Notes: generated from the sequence alone by a model not told the origin. A stretch of 64,000 nucleotides of DNA from Erysipelotrichaceae bacterium (GCA_015059095.1 SVBA01000003.1:38549-102548), one strand, 5' to 3'. Shown: positions 19,121-28,846, counted from the stretch's first letter. A program made the numbers and translations.

Positions 19121-20476
19121 TTATTTCATTACTTCAGCTTTACTACTGTTAACCCAAGTTAAGATTGTGTTAACTTGACCAGTTTTAACTTTTGCTAAGT
19201 AAGCATAATCTTCAATAATAGATTTTTCCATCCATTGATCTTTAGTTAAATCATTGTCATTAACGCCTACTGTTGTAGAAGCACATGGATAGTAATAACC
19301 ATACATATTAGATTTTTCGCCAGCTTTGTTTGGAGTTGATTTGTTATAACACATAGCTTCATAACATTCTGGAAGTAATAAGTGACGAGCATATAAACAT
19401 GCTGTATATGGATGTTTAGCGTTGTTAACGATTTGGCTATACATTGTGTACATGAATCCGTTGAAACCTTCGATTTCTAAGTTCCAATCAACAAGTGACA
19501 TTACAGTTGTATCATCTACATTATCACCATCTGAGTCATAAGGATAACCAGCAGCGTCTTTCATTTTTGCAAATGCACCATAGAATACTGTATCTTTAGC
19601 ATTAACGATAGTTTTCTTCATAGAGTCACCATCTGATTTATGCCATGTAGTAACATTATCAACCATTTCTTTAACTAATTGTTCACCAACAGTTGCATAA
19701 TCATCACTTGCTTGCCAATCTTTACCATAATATTTTTTGTAAGCTTCAAGAATTCTTGGAGCATTTTCTTCAGCTTGTAAGCATAATAAGAATGACATAT
19801 TGATTTGTTCAGTAACTGGAGATTGGAATGAGAATTTTGAAATATGTCCTTCATCTTCTGCACTACCAGCTAATTGCCAGATATTCTTTAATTCTGGTCC
19901 TGTATAATCTTTATGATGATAGAAAATTTTGTTGAAGTGGATACCTTTTAATGGATATGTATCTTCTTCAGCTAAACCTAATGAAGCATAGTCAGATGGT
20001 ACATAGTTATGAGTAATACCTGATTCTAAGTAGTCTGCTAAACCTCTAGCGTCTTGTACTAATGCAAAGTCAGCAAAGTAAGATTCGTCTGCTGATTCTA
20101 ATGCTGTTAATAAAGCATAGTCTTTATAACCATTGTTAACGAAAGTATTAACTTTTAATTCTGGATTTGCTTCTGCTTCTGCTTCAGAAACTACCCAATC
20201 ATAAGCTTCACAGAATTGAGTTAAAGCTTTTGCTAAAGTTGAAGTTAAACCAACAACTTTGAAAGTATCATTTGATGCTTCCATTTCAGCTTTAGAAGCA
20301 GCTTTTAATTCTTCTAAAGTCATGTCAGATGCTTTTGCAACTGCTAATGCAGTACCTTCTAGTCCAGCATATTTATCATCTGGTCCTGGTTCAGATGAAG
20401 ATCCTGGATTGCCACAGCCAATAGCGCCAACCAACGTAGCAGCCATTAATAATGTGACTAATAAATTCTTTTTCAT
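19121..20476 (-). CDS. ABC substrate-binding lipoprotein (Fbp/Afu-like class)
   Basis: Lipobox GAIG-C, first gene of the ABC operon, AKHPYTACLYARHLL typical of this SBP class. Confidence 0.8.
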   Translation of the reverse strand: MKKNLLVTLLMAATLVGAIGCGNPGSSSEPGPDDKYAGLEGTALAVAKASDMTLEELKAASKAEMEASNDTFKVVGLTSTLAKALTQFCEAYDWVVSEAEAEANPELKVNTFVNNGYKDYALLTALESADESYFADFALVQDARGLADYLESGITHNYVPSDYASLGLAEEDTYPLKGIHFNKIFYHHKDYTGPELKNIWQLAGSAEDEGHISKFSFQSPVTEQINMSFLLCLQAEENAPRILEAYKKYYGKDWQASDDYATVGEQLVKEMVDNVTTWHKSDGDSMKKTIVNAKDTVFYGAFAKMKDAAGYPYDSDGDNVDDTTVMSLVDWNLEIEGFNGFMYTMYSQIVNNAKHPYTACLYARHLLLPECYEAMCYNKSTPNKAGEKSNMYGYYYPCASTTVGVNDNDLTKDQWMEKSIIEDYAYLAKVKTGQVNTILTWVNSSKAEVMK

Positions 20477-20588
20477 AAATTATTTATCCTCCTTTTATGA
20501 AATTTTGAAAATAAATTAAGTGGGCATTTTTATTATCTTTGCCCGATTGAATTTAAACATTAATCCCTTTTCATACTAATATTTTAAA

Positions 20589-20602
20589 TGTAAGCACTTA
20601 CA
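20589..20602. promoter_or_regulatory. cre-like / LacI-family operator
   Basis: TGTAAGCACTTACA, one mismatch from the palindrome TGTAAGCGCTTACA. Confidence 0.6.
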
Positions 20603-20605
20603 AAA

Positions 20606-20729
20606 TCAATATTTTTTTCATTTTTCTTCAAAAGATATTCAAAATTTGCAATTTTTTTTCATTTTCTACTTAATATATAAACATAGTTTATATAAAGCTA
20701 TTATGGTTTTGCAATTTTTTTTCATTTTC
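20606..20729. promoter_or_regulatory. Repeated operator-like boxes (probable RpiR sites)
   Basis: Exact 22-bp direct repeat TTTGCAATTTTTTTTCATTTTC at 20645-20666 and 20708-20729; variant at 20606-20624; related box at 24493-24507 upstream of rpiR. Confidence 0.65.
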
Positions 20730-20833
20730 CAAAATTGAGTTGAAAAAGTTTTGATTTTTTTATTTCCATATTGTAGAATAAAGTCGAATTTAAACATATA
20801 ATCTCTATTTTCAAATAATGAAAGGAGATGGAA

Positions 20834-21736
20834 ATGCCATTAGTTAATACTAAAGAAATGTTCCTAGATGCTTATAATAATCACTATGCAGTAGGTGCTT
20901 TTAATGTTGATTCAATCGCAATGATTCAAGCCGTACTTCAAGCTGCAGAAAACTGCTCTTCCCCTGTCATCATATCTTTATCTAAGGGTTCAAGAGAGTT
21001 TATGCATCCAGGTAACATAAAAGAACAAATATTAACTGTTTCTAAAGATATTACTATTCCTTTTGCGATACATTTGGATCATGGTAAATCAATTGAATTA
21101 TGTAAAGATTGTATTGATGAAGGTTTTACTTCTGTTATGATTGATGCTTCTAAGTATGATTTTGAAGAAAATATTCGAATAACCAAAGAAGTTGTTGATT
21201 ATGCTCATGAAAGAAATGTAAGTGTTGAAGGAGAATTATCAATCTTAACTGGTGAAGAAGATTACCCTAGACTAATTGAAGAATTTGTCAAAAGAACAAA
21301 TGTTGATAGCTTAGCAATTTCAATAGGAACAGGTCATGGAACAACTAAATTCAAAAAAGGAGAAATTCCAAAACTTAAGTTTCATATTTTAGAAGAACTT
21401 GAAAGAAGACTTCCATCATACCCTTTCGTTTTACATGGTTCTAGTAGTATCTTAAAGAAAGATATAGATATATTTAATGAATACGGAGGAGATATTAAAG
21501 ATCCAATTGGAATCCCTGAAGATCTTTTAAGAAAAGCTAGTCATGGTCCAATTTGCAAAATTAATATCGGTACAGATTTTAGAGTCGCTTATGTTGGAGC
21601 CTTAAGAAAGTCTCTTTCATTAATAAAAGATAAATATGAACCAAGAAATTTCTTGGTACCTGCTAAACAAGCAGCACAAGAATTAGTTGAATACAAATTA
21701 AAAAATGTATTTAACAGTGCATATAAGATTAAATAG
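20834..21736 (+). CDS. Class II ketose-bisphosphate aldolase, paralog 1 (shortened active-site loop)
   Basis: GAFNV, HLDHG, SVMIDAS, GTGHG, VLHGSS, KINIGTD. Confidence 0.9.
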   Translation: MPLVNTKEMFLDAYNNHYAVGAFNVDSIAMIQAVLQAAENCSSPVIISLSKGSREFMHPGNIKEQILTVSKDITIPFAIHLDHGKSIELCKDCIDEGFTSVMIDASKYDFEENIRITKEVVDYAHERNVSVEGELSILTGEEDYPRLIEEFVKRTNVDSLAISIGTGHGTTKFKKGEIPKLKFHILEELERRLPSYPFVLHGSSSILKKDIDIFNEYGGDIKDPIGIPEDLLRKASHGPICKINIGTDFRVAYVGALRKSLSLIKDKYEPRNFLVPAKQAAQELVEYKLKNVFNSAYKIK

Positions 21737-21748
21737 GAGGAAATAAAT

Positions 21749-22684
21749 ATGCCAATTGTTACAACAAAAGAAATGTTTAAAAAAGCATATGAAAAAGGTT
21801 ACGCTATCGGCGCATTTAATGTTGATAATGTCGACATTATGAAAGCAGTACTAAGAGCTGCTGAAAATAAAAAAGCTCCTGTAATTATCGCTATTTCAAG
21901 CGGAGCTCTAAAATTTATTGGAATTAACTATGTTCGTCAAGTTTTAGAATGTGCTATGAAAGAAATTACAGTTCCAGTAGCTTTACATTTGGATCACGGT
22001 AAAGAAGTTGAATTATGTAAACAATGTATCGACATCGGTTTTACTTCAGTAATGATTGATGCTTCAAGTTATGATTTTGAAGAAAATATTAGAATGACTA
22101 AAGAAGTAGTTGAATATGCTCACGCTAGAGGTGTAGTAGTTGAAAGTGAATTAGGCGCTATTGCTGGTATTGAAGATGATGTAGTAGTTGATGATAAATA
22201 TGGCAACTTCACTCACCCTTCTGATGTAGTTGAATTCGTATCTAGAACTGGTATTGACTCACTTGCAATTGCAATTGGAACTGCTCATGGAGCATATAAA
22301 TTTAAACCAGGTCAAAAACCGCAATTAAGATTTGATATTTTAGATGAAATTCAAGAAAAACTTCCAGGATTCCCTCTTGTTCTACATGGAGCAAGCTCTG
22401 TTCCTCAAGAATCATTAAAAATCCTTAATACATATGGAGGCAAAATGCCTGAAGCAATCGGTATTCCAGAAGCTATGTTAAGAGAAGCAGCATCAAAAGC
22501 AGTTTGTAAAATTAATGTAGGTACTGATTTAAGAGTTGCTTATGTTGGTGCATTTAGAAAAGCATTACATGAAAACCCAGAAAAATTTGATGCTAGAGTA
22601 TTCATTACTCCTGCAATGGATGCTATTACAAAACTTGTAGAAGATAAAATTGAAAATGTATTTGGTTCAGCAAACCAAGCTTAA
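21749..22684 (+). CDS. Class II ketose-bisphosphate aldolase, paralog 2
   Basis: HLDHG, ESELGAIAGIEDD, GTAHGAYKF, VLHGASS, KINVGTD. Confidence 0.92.
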   Translation: MPIVTTKEMFKKAYEKGYAIGAFNVDNVDIMKAVLRAAENKKAPVIIAISSGALKFIGINYVRQVLECAMKEITVPVALHLDHGKEVELCKQCIDIGFTSVMIDASSYDFEENIRMTKEVVEYAHARGVVVESELGAIAGIEDDVVVDDKYGNFTHPSDVVEFVSRTGIDSLAIAIGTAHGAYKFKPGQKPQLRFDILDEIQEKLPGFPLVLHGASSVPQESLKILNTYGGKMPEAIGIPEAMLREAASKAVCKINVGTDLRVAYVGAFRKALHENPEKFDARVFITPAMDAITKLVEDKIENVFGSANQA

Positions 22685-22696
22685 TAAGGAGATATT

Positions 22697-23644
22697 ATGG
22701 CATTAGTTACAACAAAAGAAATGTTTGAAAGAGCTTATAAAGGTAATTACTCTATCGGCGCTTTCAACGTAGATAATTTAGAAACATTCCAAGCTGTTAT
22801 TGCAGCAGCTAATGAAACTAAATCTCCAGTAATCATCGCAATTACAGAAAACGTAATTAAATATTTTGGAATTAGTTATTTAAGACACATTATTGAAGCA
22901 GCAGTAGAAGAAACTGGTGTAGAAGTAGCATTACATCTTGACCATGGTAAATCTATTGAAATATGTAAATATTGTATCGATAATGGTTTCACTTCTGTAA
23001 TGATTGATGCAAGTGCAAAGGATTTTGAAGAAAACATCAAAATTACTAAAGAAGTTGTTGAATATGCTCACGCTAAAGGTGTTGTAGTTGAAAGTGAACT
23101 TGGTGCAATCGCAGGAATTGAAGATGATCTTGACGTCAATGACAAATATGGTCAATTCACTCACCCAGATGATGTAGTCGAATTTGTTACTAGAACTAAT
23201 ATTGACTCACTTGCAATTGCTATTGGTACAGCTCATGGTGCATATAAATTTAAACCAGGACAAATCCCACATTTAAGATTTGATATTTTAGATGAAATTG
23301 AAGAAAAATTACCTGGATTCCCTCTTGTTTTACACGGTTCTTCATCAGTCCCTCAAGATAGATTAGCTTTAATTAATCAATATGGAGGCAAAATGAAAGA
23401 AGCAATTGGTATTCCTGAAGATTTATTAAATAAAGCATCTAAAAAGTCAGTTTGTAAAATTAATGTTGGATCAGATTTAAGAGTCGCTTTCACAGGTGAA
23501 ATTAGAAAATTCTTCTTCACTCAACCTGAAGAATTTGAAATTAGAAAATACACTACTCCTGCTAGAAACGCTGTTAAAGAAATGGTAAAAGACAAAATGA
23601 TTAATGTATTCTGCTGTGCAGGACATGGAGTTTATTCTAAATAA
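22697..23644 (+). CDS. Class II ketose-bisphosphate aldolase, paralog 3
   Basis: HLDHG, ESELGAIAGIEDD, GTAHGAYKF, VLHGSSS, KINVGSD. Confidence 0.92.
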   Translation: MALVTTKEMFERAYKGNYSIGAFNVDNLETFQAVIAAANETKSPVIIAITENVIKYFGISYLRHIIEAAVEETGVEVALHLDHGKSIEICKYCIDNGFTSVMIDASAKDFEENIKITKEVVEYAHAKGVVVESELGAIAGIEDDLDVNDKYGQFTHPDDVVEFVTRTNIDSLAIAIGTAHGAYKFKPGQIPHLRFDILDEIEEKLPGFPLVLHGSSSVPQDRLALINQYGGKMKEAIGIPEDLLNKASKKSVCKINVGSDLRVAFTGEIRKFFFTQPEEFEIRKYTTPARNAVKEMVKDKMINVFCCAGHGVYSK

Positions 23645-23655
23645 TTTTATGTAAT

Positions 23656-23686
23656 AAAATAATCCTCATTTGAGGATTATTTTTTT
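23656..23686. terminator. Bidirectional terminator (aldolases / rpiR)
   Basis: AAAATAATCCTCA-tt-TGAGGATTATTTT. Confidence 0.75.
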
Positions 23687-24444
23687 AATGATTTTAAAAT
23701 ATTTTGAACAATTACATCTAAGATAAATGTTTGAGAAACTATAGAAGAAGCTTCTCCTCCACTAAATTCATTTTCTTTAGAAGACGAAATAAATAAATAA
23801 TTAGCATAGCTTGCAAGTTCGGAAGTATTTTGATTAGTAATAACTGCTAATGAGATACCATATTTTTTACATAATTTTGCAATATTTATCATTTCTAAAG
23901 TTTTACCTGAAGAAGATAATAAAATAACAAAATCATCTTTAGTCAAATTAAGTGCAAGCATATTTCTAATATGAGAATCTGTAGAAATCCAGATATTAAT
24001 TCCTTCTTTAACTAATGCATTATAAAAATACATAGTAGGAACATATGAATTCCCAATTCCAAATATACAAATTTTCTTTGCTCTCAAAATATGTTCTCCT
24101 ACTTCTTTTACTTGACTCATATTTAAATTTGAGATAGTAAAATCCAATGCAGAAGTAAAACGATTATACGATTTTTCAACCGTAGAATTTTTCATATCTT
24201 TTCTTCTATAAGCAACTTCTTGGCTCAACGAAATTTTAAAGTCTTGAAATCCTTTGTAGCCTATTTTTTTACAAAATCTTAAAATAGTTGCTTCAGTTAT
24301 ATCAATTCTAGAAGCAAGTTCCGTGATAGACATATGAATTAATTCACTTGAATCAACATCTTTAATTCTATCGATTAATATTTTTTCTTTTTTAGTCGCT
24401 GAAGAACGAAAACCAGCGATTTTTTCAATAACTTTACCTTCCAT
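23677..24444 (-). CDS. MurR/RpiR family transcriptional regulator
   Basis: HTH SITELA..TEATILRFCKKIGYKGFQDFK; SIS domain IFGIGNS, LSSSGKT. Confidence 0.92.
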   Translation of the reverse strand: MEGKVIEKIAGFRSSATKKEKILIDRIKDVDSSELIHMSITELASRIDITEATILRFCKKIGYKGFQDFKISLSQEVAYRRKDMKNSTVEKSYNRFTSALDFTISNLNMSQVKEVGEHILRAKKICIFGIGNSYVPTMYFYNALVKEGINIWISTDSHIRNMLALNLTKDDFVILLSSSGKTLEMINIAKLCKKYGISLAVITNQNTSELASYANYLFISSSKENEFSGGEASSIVSQTFILDVIVQNILKSLKK

Positions 24445-24509
24445 AAAATCACACTCTTCTTTGAATTAATTTTACTATATGAAAAATAAAATTGCAAAAT
24501 ATTTTCATT

Positions 24510-25184
24510 TTACAGAATTGTTAATAATTCATCAAAATTATTAATAATATAGTCTGGTTTAACATCATTAATTACAATGTTTTCTTTTCTATCAATTAAA
24601 ATAGTAGTCATGCCTAATGTCTTAGGACCTTTGATATCATCTAAAAGAGTATCACCAATGAAAATAGAATTCTCAGGAGCACATTTTTCTTTTTCTAAAA
24701 TATATCTATAAAAATCTAAATCAGGTTTATACTTTTTCATCATTTCTGAAGTATATACTTCATCTACTATTAAATTATTATCTTCTAGATTCTTAATTAG
24801 AGGATAAGTATCAGCAGTTGAACCAATAACTACTCGATATTTCTTTTTTAATTCATCTATCACTTCTTTAACATCATCAAATAATCTTCTATTAAATTGA
24901 GATTCTAACATTAATTTAACATCTTCTTTATAAGGTCTATTAATATTGTATCTTTCATACATAATTTTTAAATCAAGACTAAAAATTTCCCACTCAGTTA
25001 AAAAGATAGAAGTTTTTATACAATTAAGTATTTGTTCTTTATGTAATTTTTTCCATTCAGCATAAAAACTTACTGGATCAATATCTTTATCTTGAAGTGC
25101 TAAAATTTTTTTAGTTGAATCTAAAGAACCTGTTCCAGTAGAAATTAAAGTACCATATGCATCAAAAATAATTAATTTTTTCAT
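24510..25184 (-). CDS. HAD-superfamily hydrolase
   Basis: FDAYGTL, YKPD, FIGDTLLDDIKG. Confidence 0.88.
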   Translation of the reverse strand: MKKLIIFDAYGTLISTGTGSLDSTKKILALQDKDIDPVSFYAEWKKLHKEQILNCIKTSIFLTEWEIFSLDLKIMYERYNINRPYKEDVKLMLESQFNRRLFDDVKEVIDELKKKYRVVIGSTADTYPLIKNLEDNNLIVDEVYTSEMMKKYKPDLDFYRYILEKEKCAPENSIFIGDTLLDDIKGPKTLGMTTILIDRKENIVINDVKPDYIINNFDELLTIL

Positions 25185-26095
25185 TTTGATTTCGTAATTA
25201 CTATCTTTCCCTTTCCTTTAATTTCTATTTCATTACAATAAGAAGTTAAAATAAAACTCTCACCAAAATTAATAGTTCTATCATTTACTCTTATAGTTCC
25301 TTCAATAACAGTTACAATTAAATAATTACTATCTTTCTTAAGAACATAAGAATCATTAATATCCTCATAAATCACATTAAAATATTTATTGTCCCAAACT
25401 AAATTACTAGAAGACTCAAATACATTTAAAATATTATTATCGTACTCATCATAATTAGTAACATCTAACGCTTTATTTAAATGTAATTCTCTTATATTAC
25501 CATTTTTATCTTTTCGATTATAATCATAAAATCTATATGTAACATCCGATGATTGTTGAACTTCTAGTAAAACAATATTTTTTCCAATCGCATGAATCGT
25601 GCCAGGTAAAATAGGATAAAACTCACCACGTTTTACAATTCTTCTATTAAGTAAATGTTCATAATCATTATTTTTAATATAGTTAGCTAGTTCATCTTTA
25701 TTTTTAGCATTGTGTCCAACTACAATACTAGATTCATTACTATCTAAAATTAACCACCCTTCAGTTTTACCTAGTTTATTTTCTACTGATCTAGCATATT
25801 TATCATCTGGGTGCACTTGAACTGATAAATCATCCTTAGTTGCAATTAATTTAATTAATATTGGAAATTGAGTATCTTTAGTATTAAATAAATCTTTATG
25901 CTCATTAAAAAGATCGTATAAAGTCATTCCTTTATACTTTCCATTTAAAATAATAGATGAACACTCTTTTAAGCCAGAGACACTCCACATTTCACCAATT
26001 GAATCATTATCTGTCAAATGTAAATTATCTTTAAAATAAGATCCACCCCATATTCTTTCTACTAAAGGTGCTGATAAAAATAAAACTTTTTCCAT
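25181..26095 (-). CDS. manA: Class I mannose-6-phosphate isomerase
   Basis: RIWGG, FPILIK, LSVQVHPDD, KTEGW, GTIHAIG, EVQQSSDVTYR. Confidence 0.9.
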   Translation of the reverse strand: MEKVLFLSAPLVERIWGGSYFKDNLHLTDNDSIGEMWSVSGLKECSSIILNGKYKGMTLYDLFNEHKDLFNTKDTQFPILIKLIATKDDLSVQVHPDDKYARSVENKLGKTEGWLILDSNESSIVVGHNAKNKDELANYIKNNDYEHLLNRRIVKRGEFYPILPGTIHAIGKNIVLLEVQQSSDVTYRFYDYNRKDKNGNIRELHLNKALDVTNYDEYDNNILNVFESSSNLVWDNKYFNVIYEDINDSYVLKKDSNYLIVTVIEGTIRVNDRTINFGESFILTSYCNEIEIKGKGKIVITKSK

Positions 26096-26250
26096 AATAG
26101 ATTTCCTTATATTTCCATTTTAATATATTATTGAAAATATTTAAAGTAATTTCATTAAAACAGTGGAGTTTTTAGCGTAAATCTAGCATTTATTTCCTTT
26201 TTATACATCAAAAAAAAGGAACTAGTTTCCTAATTCCTTAATTAATCTAT

Positions 26251-27552
26251 TTATTCAACAATTTCATAAATAATAGGAAGAGTTTTTAATTCTTCATTTG
26301 TAATTTTAAATGATTCAACAACTTCTAATAGAATAGATTCAACATGTTCTTTATTTGAATATACTTTACAAAGAGTATCTCCTTTATTAACCTTTGATCC
26401 AACCTTTTTTTCTAAAACTATACCTGTTGCAAAATCTATGATATCTTCTTTTGTCGCTCTACCTGCTCCTAGTTTCATCGCAGCCTCACCAATTTCTAAG
26501 GCATTAATTTCTTTTATGTATCCATCTTTATTTGATTTTACATCAATAATATATTTTGCTTTTTCAAATTTAGAAGGGTCTTTAATATAAGAAGCATCTC
26601 CACCTTGAGCTTCAACCATTTCACATAATTTATTAAGTGCAGATTTATTATTAATATTTTCTTCAAGTAATTCTTTTCCTTCTTCAATAGTTTTAACTCT
26701 ACCTGCTTGAACTAGCATAATAGCACCTGCACTCACACATAATTCAACTAAATCACTTGGTCCATGTCCATTAAGAGTGTTGATTGCTTCTATTACTTCT
26801 AACGAGTTACCAATTGCAAGCCCTAAAGGTTGATTCATATCAGTTAATATTGCTCTAGTATCTCTATTTAATTCATCACCAATATCTACCATAGTTCTCG
26901 CTAGTTCTCTAGCAGAATCTAAATCTTTCATAAATGCTCCAGAACCAAATTTAACATCTAATAAGATAGTATCAGATCCAGATGCTAACTTTTTAGACAT
27001 TATTGAAGAAGCAATTAATGGAATAGAATTAACCGTTCCAGTAACATCTCTTAAAGCATATAATTTTTTATCACATGGTACTAAACTTCCAGTTTGACCA
27101 ACAATAGCGATACCAATATCATTAACTTGTTTAAAGAATCTATCTTTTTCAATATCAATAGTAACTCCTGGAATTGATTCTAATTTATCTAATGTTCCTC
27201 CAGTATGTCCTAAACCTCTACCAGACATCTTAGCAAGTTTAACTCCACAAGAAGCGACTAATGGACCTAATACTAAACTTGTCTTATCACCTACTCCACC
27301 TGTAGAATGTTTATCAACCTTTTTTCCTTCAATAGAAGATAAATCAATTGTATCTCCACTATGAAGCATTTCATCAGTCAAAATACCTATCTCTTTTTTG
27401 TTCATTCCATTAAAACAAATAGCCATAGCTAATGCAGAAGCTTGATAATCAGGAATACTACCATTAGTAAAACCTTTAACAAAGAAAGATATTTCTTCTC
27501 TTGTTAATTCTTTATTTTCTTTCTTCTTTATAATTATATCTACCATTCTCAT
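26251..27552 (-). CDS. pdp: Pyrimidine-nucleoside phosphorylase
   Basis: DKHSTGGVGDK, KMSGRGLGHTGGTLDKLE, YALRDVTGTV, SIMSKK. Confidence 0.96.
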   Translation of the reverse strand: MRMVDIIIKKKENKELTREEISFFVKGFTNGSIPDYQASALAMAICFNGMNKKEIGILTDEMLHSGDTIDLSSIEGKKVDKHSTGGVGDKTSLVLGPLVASCGVKLAKMSGRGLGHTGGTLDKLESIPGVTIDIEKDRFFKQVNDIGIAIVGQTGSLVPCDKKLYALRDVTGTVNSIPLIASSIMSKKLASGSDTILLDVKFGSGAFMKDLDSARELARTMVDIGDELNRDTRAILTDMNQPLGLAIGNSLEVIEAINTLNGHGPSDLVELCVSAGAIMLVQAGRVKTIEEGKELLEENINNKSALNKLCEMVEAQGGDASYIKDPSKFEKAKYIIDVKSNKDGYIKEINALEIGEAAMKLGAGRATKEDIIDFATGIVLEKKVGSKVNKGDTLCKVYSNKEHVESILLEVVESFKITNEELKTLPIIYEIVE

Positions 27553-27589
27553 AGAGAAACCTCCTATATATTGGTTATTATATAATAAC

Positions 27590-28750
27590 CTATTTTTCTA
27601 AAAAGTCAATAAGTGCTTTTTTGTGATCACCATATATTATCACATGATGATTTCCTTTTGGATTAGTTAAAAATGATTCTAAATTATCCATTTTAATTTT
27701 TATTTGAGTTCTACATAAATTATCTTCTTGTAAATTTTCTACTATTTCTCCAGTTTCAACAAAATATGATTTTAAATCTGAACCCAATTTAAATATAGTA
27801 ACTTTTGTTAAATCAAGATCTCCTCTTAAAGCAACTCCAATTCCAGATTCAAAATGAGTCATAAATCTAGGAGAAGAAATCATATTTAACGGAATTGTAC
27901 AATGTGCAAACACAATTTCATTTTTTTCTAAATCTATTCTTGATGGATTAGCTTGGAATCCCGGATTACCCATTACCATATTACAAATATGCATTGATAA
28001 CATAGTTGGAATATCTCCTTCACATGTTGCAGTTATACCTTCTTTATTTAATAATGCCAAACCTAAACATCCAGTAGTCTTAATCTTATTTAATAAAGAG
28101 AAACATCTTAATGTTAATCCATTTAATGAATAATCCTCTTTAATTTTAACTAATGCTTTATGTAAATCTAAAGCTTTATCAACCTCTACTTTTGAAAAAG
28201 ATGAATCAAATTCAATTTTATCTCCTTCAACATTTTTATAATTATCAATTAACTCATTTAATGAAATATTAACTAATTCAATACCTAGTTTCTCTTTTAC
28301 ATAATTATAATCTACATTACTTGAAATTAACCAATCACTTGGTCTACCTATAACTCCTAATCGATGATATACTTTCTTTTTAGAATCTAAATGATGTTTA
28401 ATTCTTTTAACAATATAAGAAGTAGATCCATGTAAAATTTCCCCTTCAAGACGATTATTATGTAAAAAAGAAAGAATTTCCATAGAAGCCGCTAAAGAAT
28501 TATTAGATCCATATGTTAATAATAAATATGGTTTTGGTAATTCCTTATAAATCTTTTTAAATTGATTTTCACTACCACCTGATTGAATTAATACTAGTAC
28601 TAAATCAAAATCTTTTATTTGTTCTTTATTAATAAAACTAAAAGATTTCCCCAACTCTTCTTCAATAGAAGAAATAAAAACTTTTGTATTAACATCAATA
28701 ATATTTTGATCATGTAATGAAGAAACAATTTTATATATTCCTATTTTCAT
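27590..28750 (-). CDS. L-fucose/L-arabinose isomerase-like protein
   Basis: NSLAASMEI, LTLRCF, TCEGD, FAHCT, CRTQ, GNHH motifs. Confidence 0.7.
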   Translation of the reverse strand: MKIGIYKIVSSLHDQNIIDVNTKVFISSIEEELGKSFSFINKEQIKDFDLVLVLIQSGGSENQFKKIYKELPKPYLLLTYGSNNSLAASMEILSFLHNNRLEGEILHGSTSYIVKRIKHHLDSKKKVYHRLGVIGRPSDWLISSNVDYNYVKEKLGIELVNISLNELIDNYKNVEGDKIEFDSSFSKVEVDKALDLHKALVKIKEDYSLNGLTLRCFSLLNKIKTTGCLGLALLNKEGITATCEGDIPTMLSMHICNMVMGNPGFQANPSRIDLEKNEIVFAHCTIPLNMISSPRFMTHFESGIGVALRGDLDLTKVTIFKLGSDLKSYFVETGEIVENLQEDNLCRTQIKIKMDNLESFLTNPKGNHHVIIYGDHKKALIDFLEK

Positions 28751-28846
28751 AATAAATCCCTATTAATCAACAAAACTAAATTTAAGTTAATTACTTTCTA
28801 TAGTTTAATTATAACAGTTTTGTTATAATTTAAAAAGGTGGTAATC

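Noticed and set aside
16053-20476. Default annotation as a ferric-iron ABC transporter
   Set aside because: I saw no Fur-like box; cre-like and RpiR-like sites and the aldolase context favour a carbon substrate. Not fully excluded.
20549-20797. 12-bp direct repeat GAATTTAAACAT (20549 and 20786)
   Set aside because: AT-rich with only two copies, so it could be chance; no independent support
21749-23644. Aldolase repeats as an assembly artefact
   Set aside because: The paralogs differ at many synonymous and non-synonymous sites and in their termini
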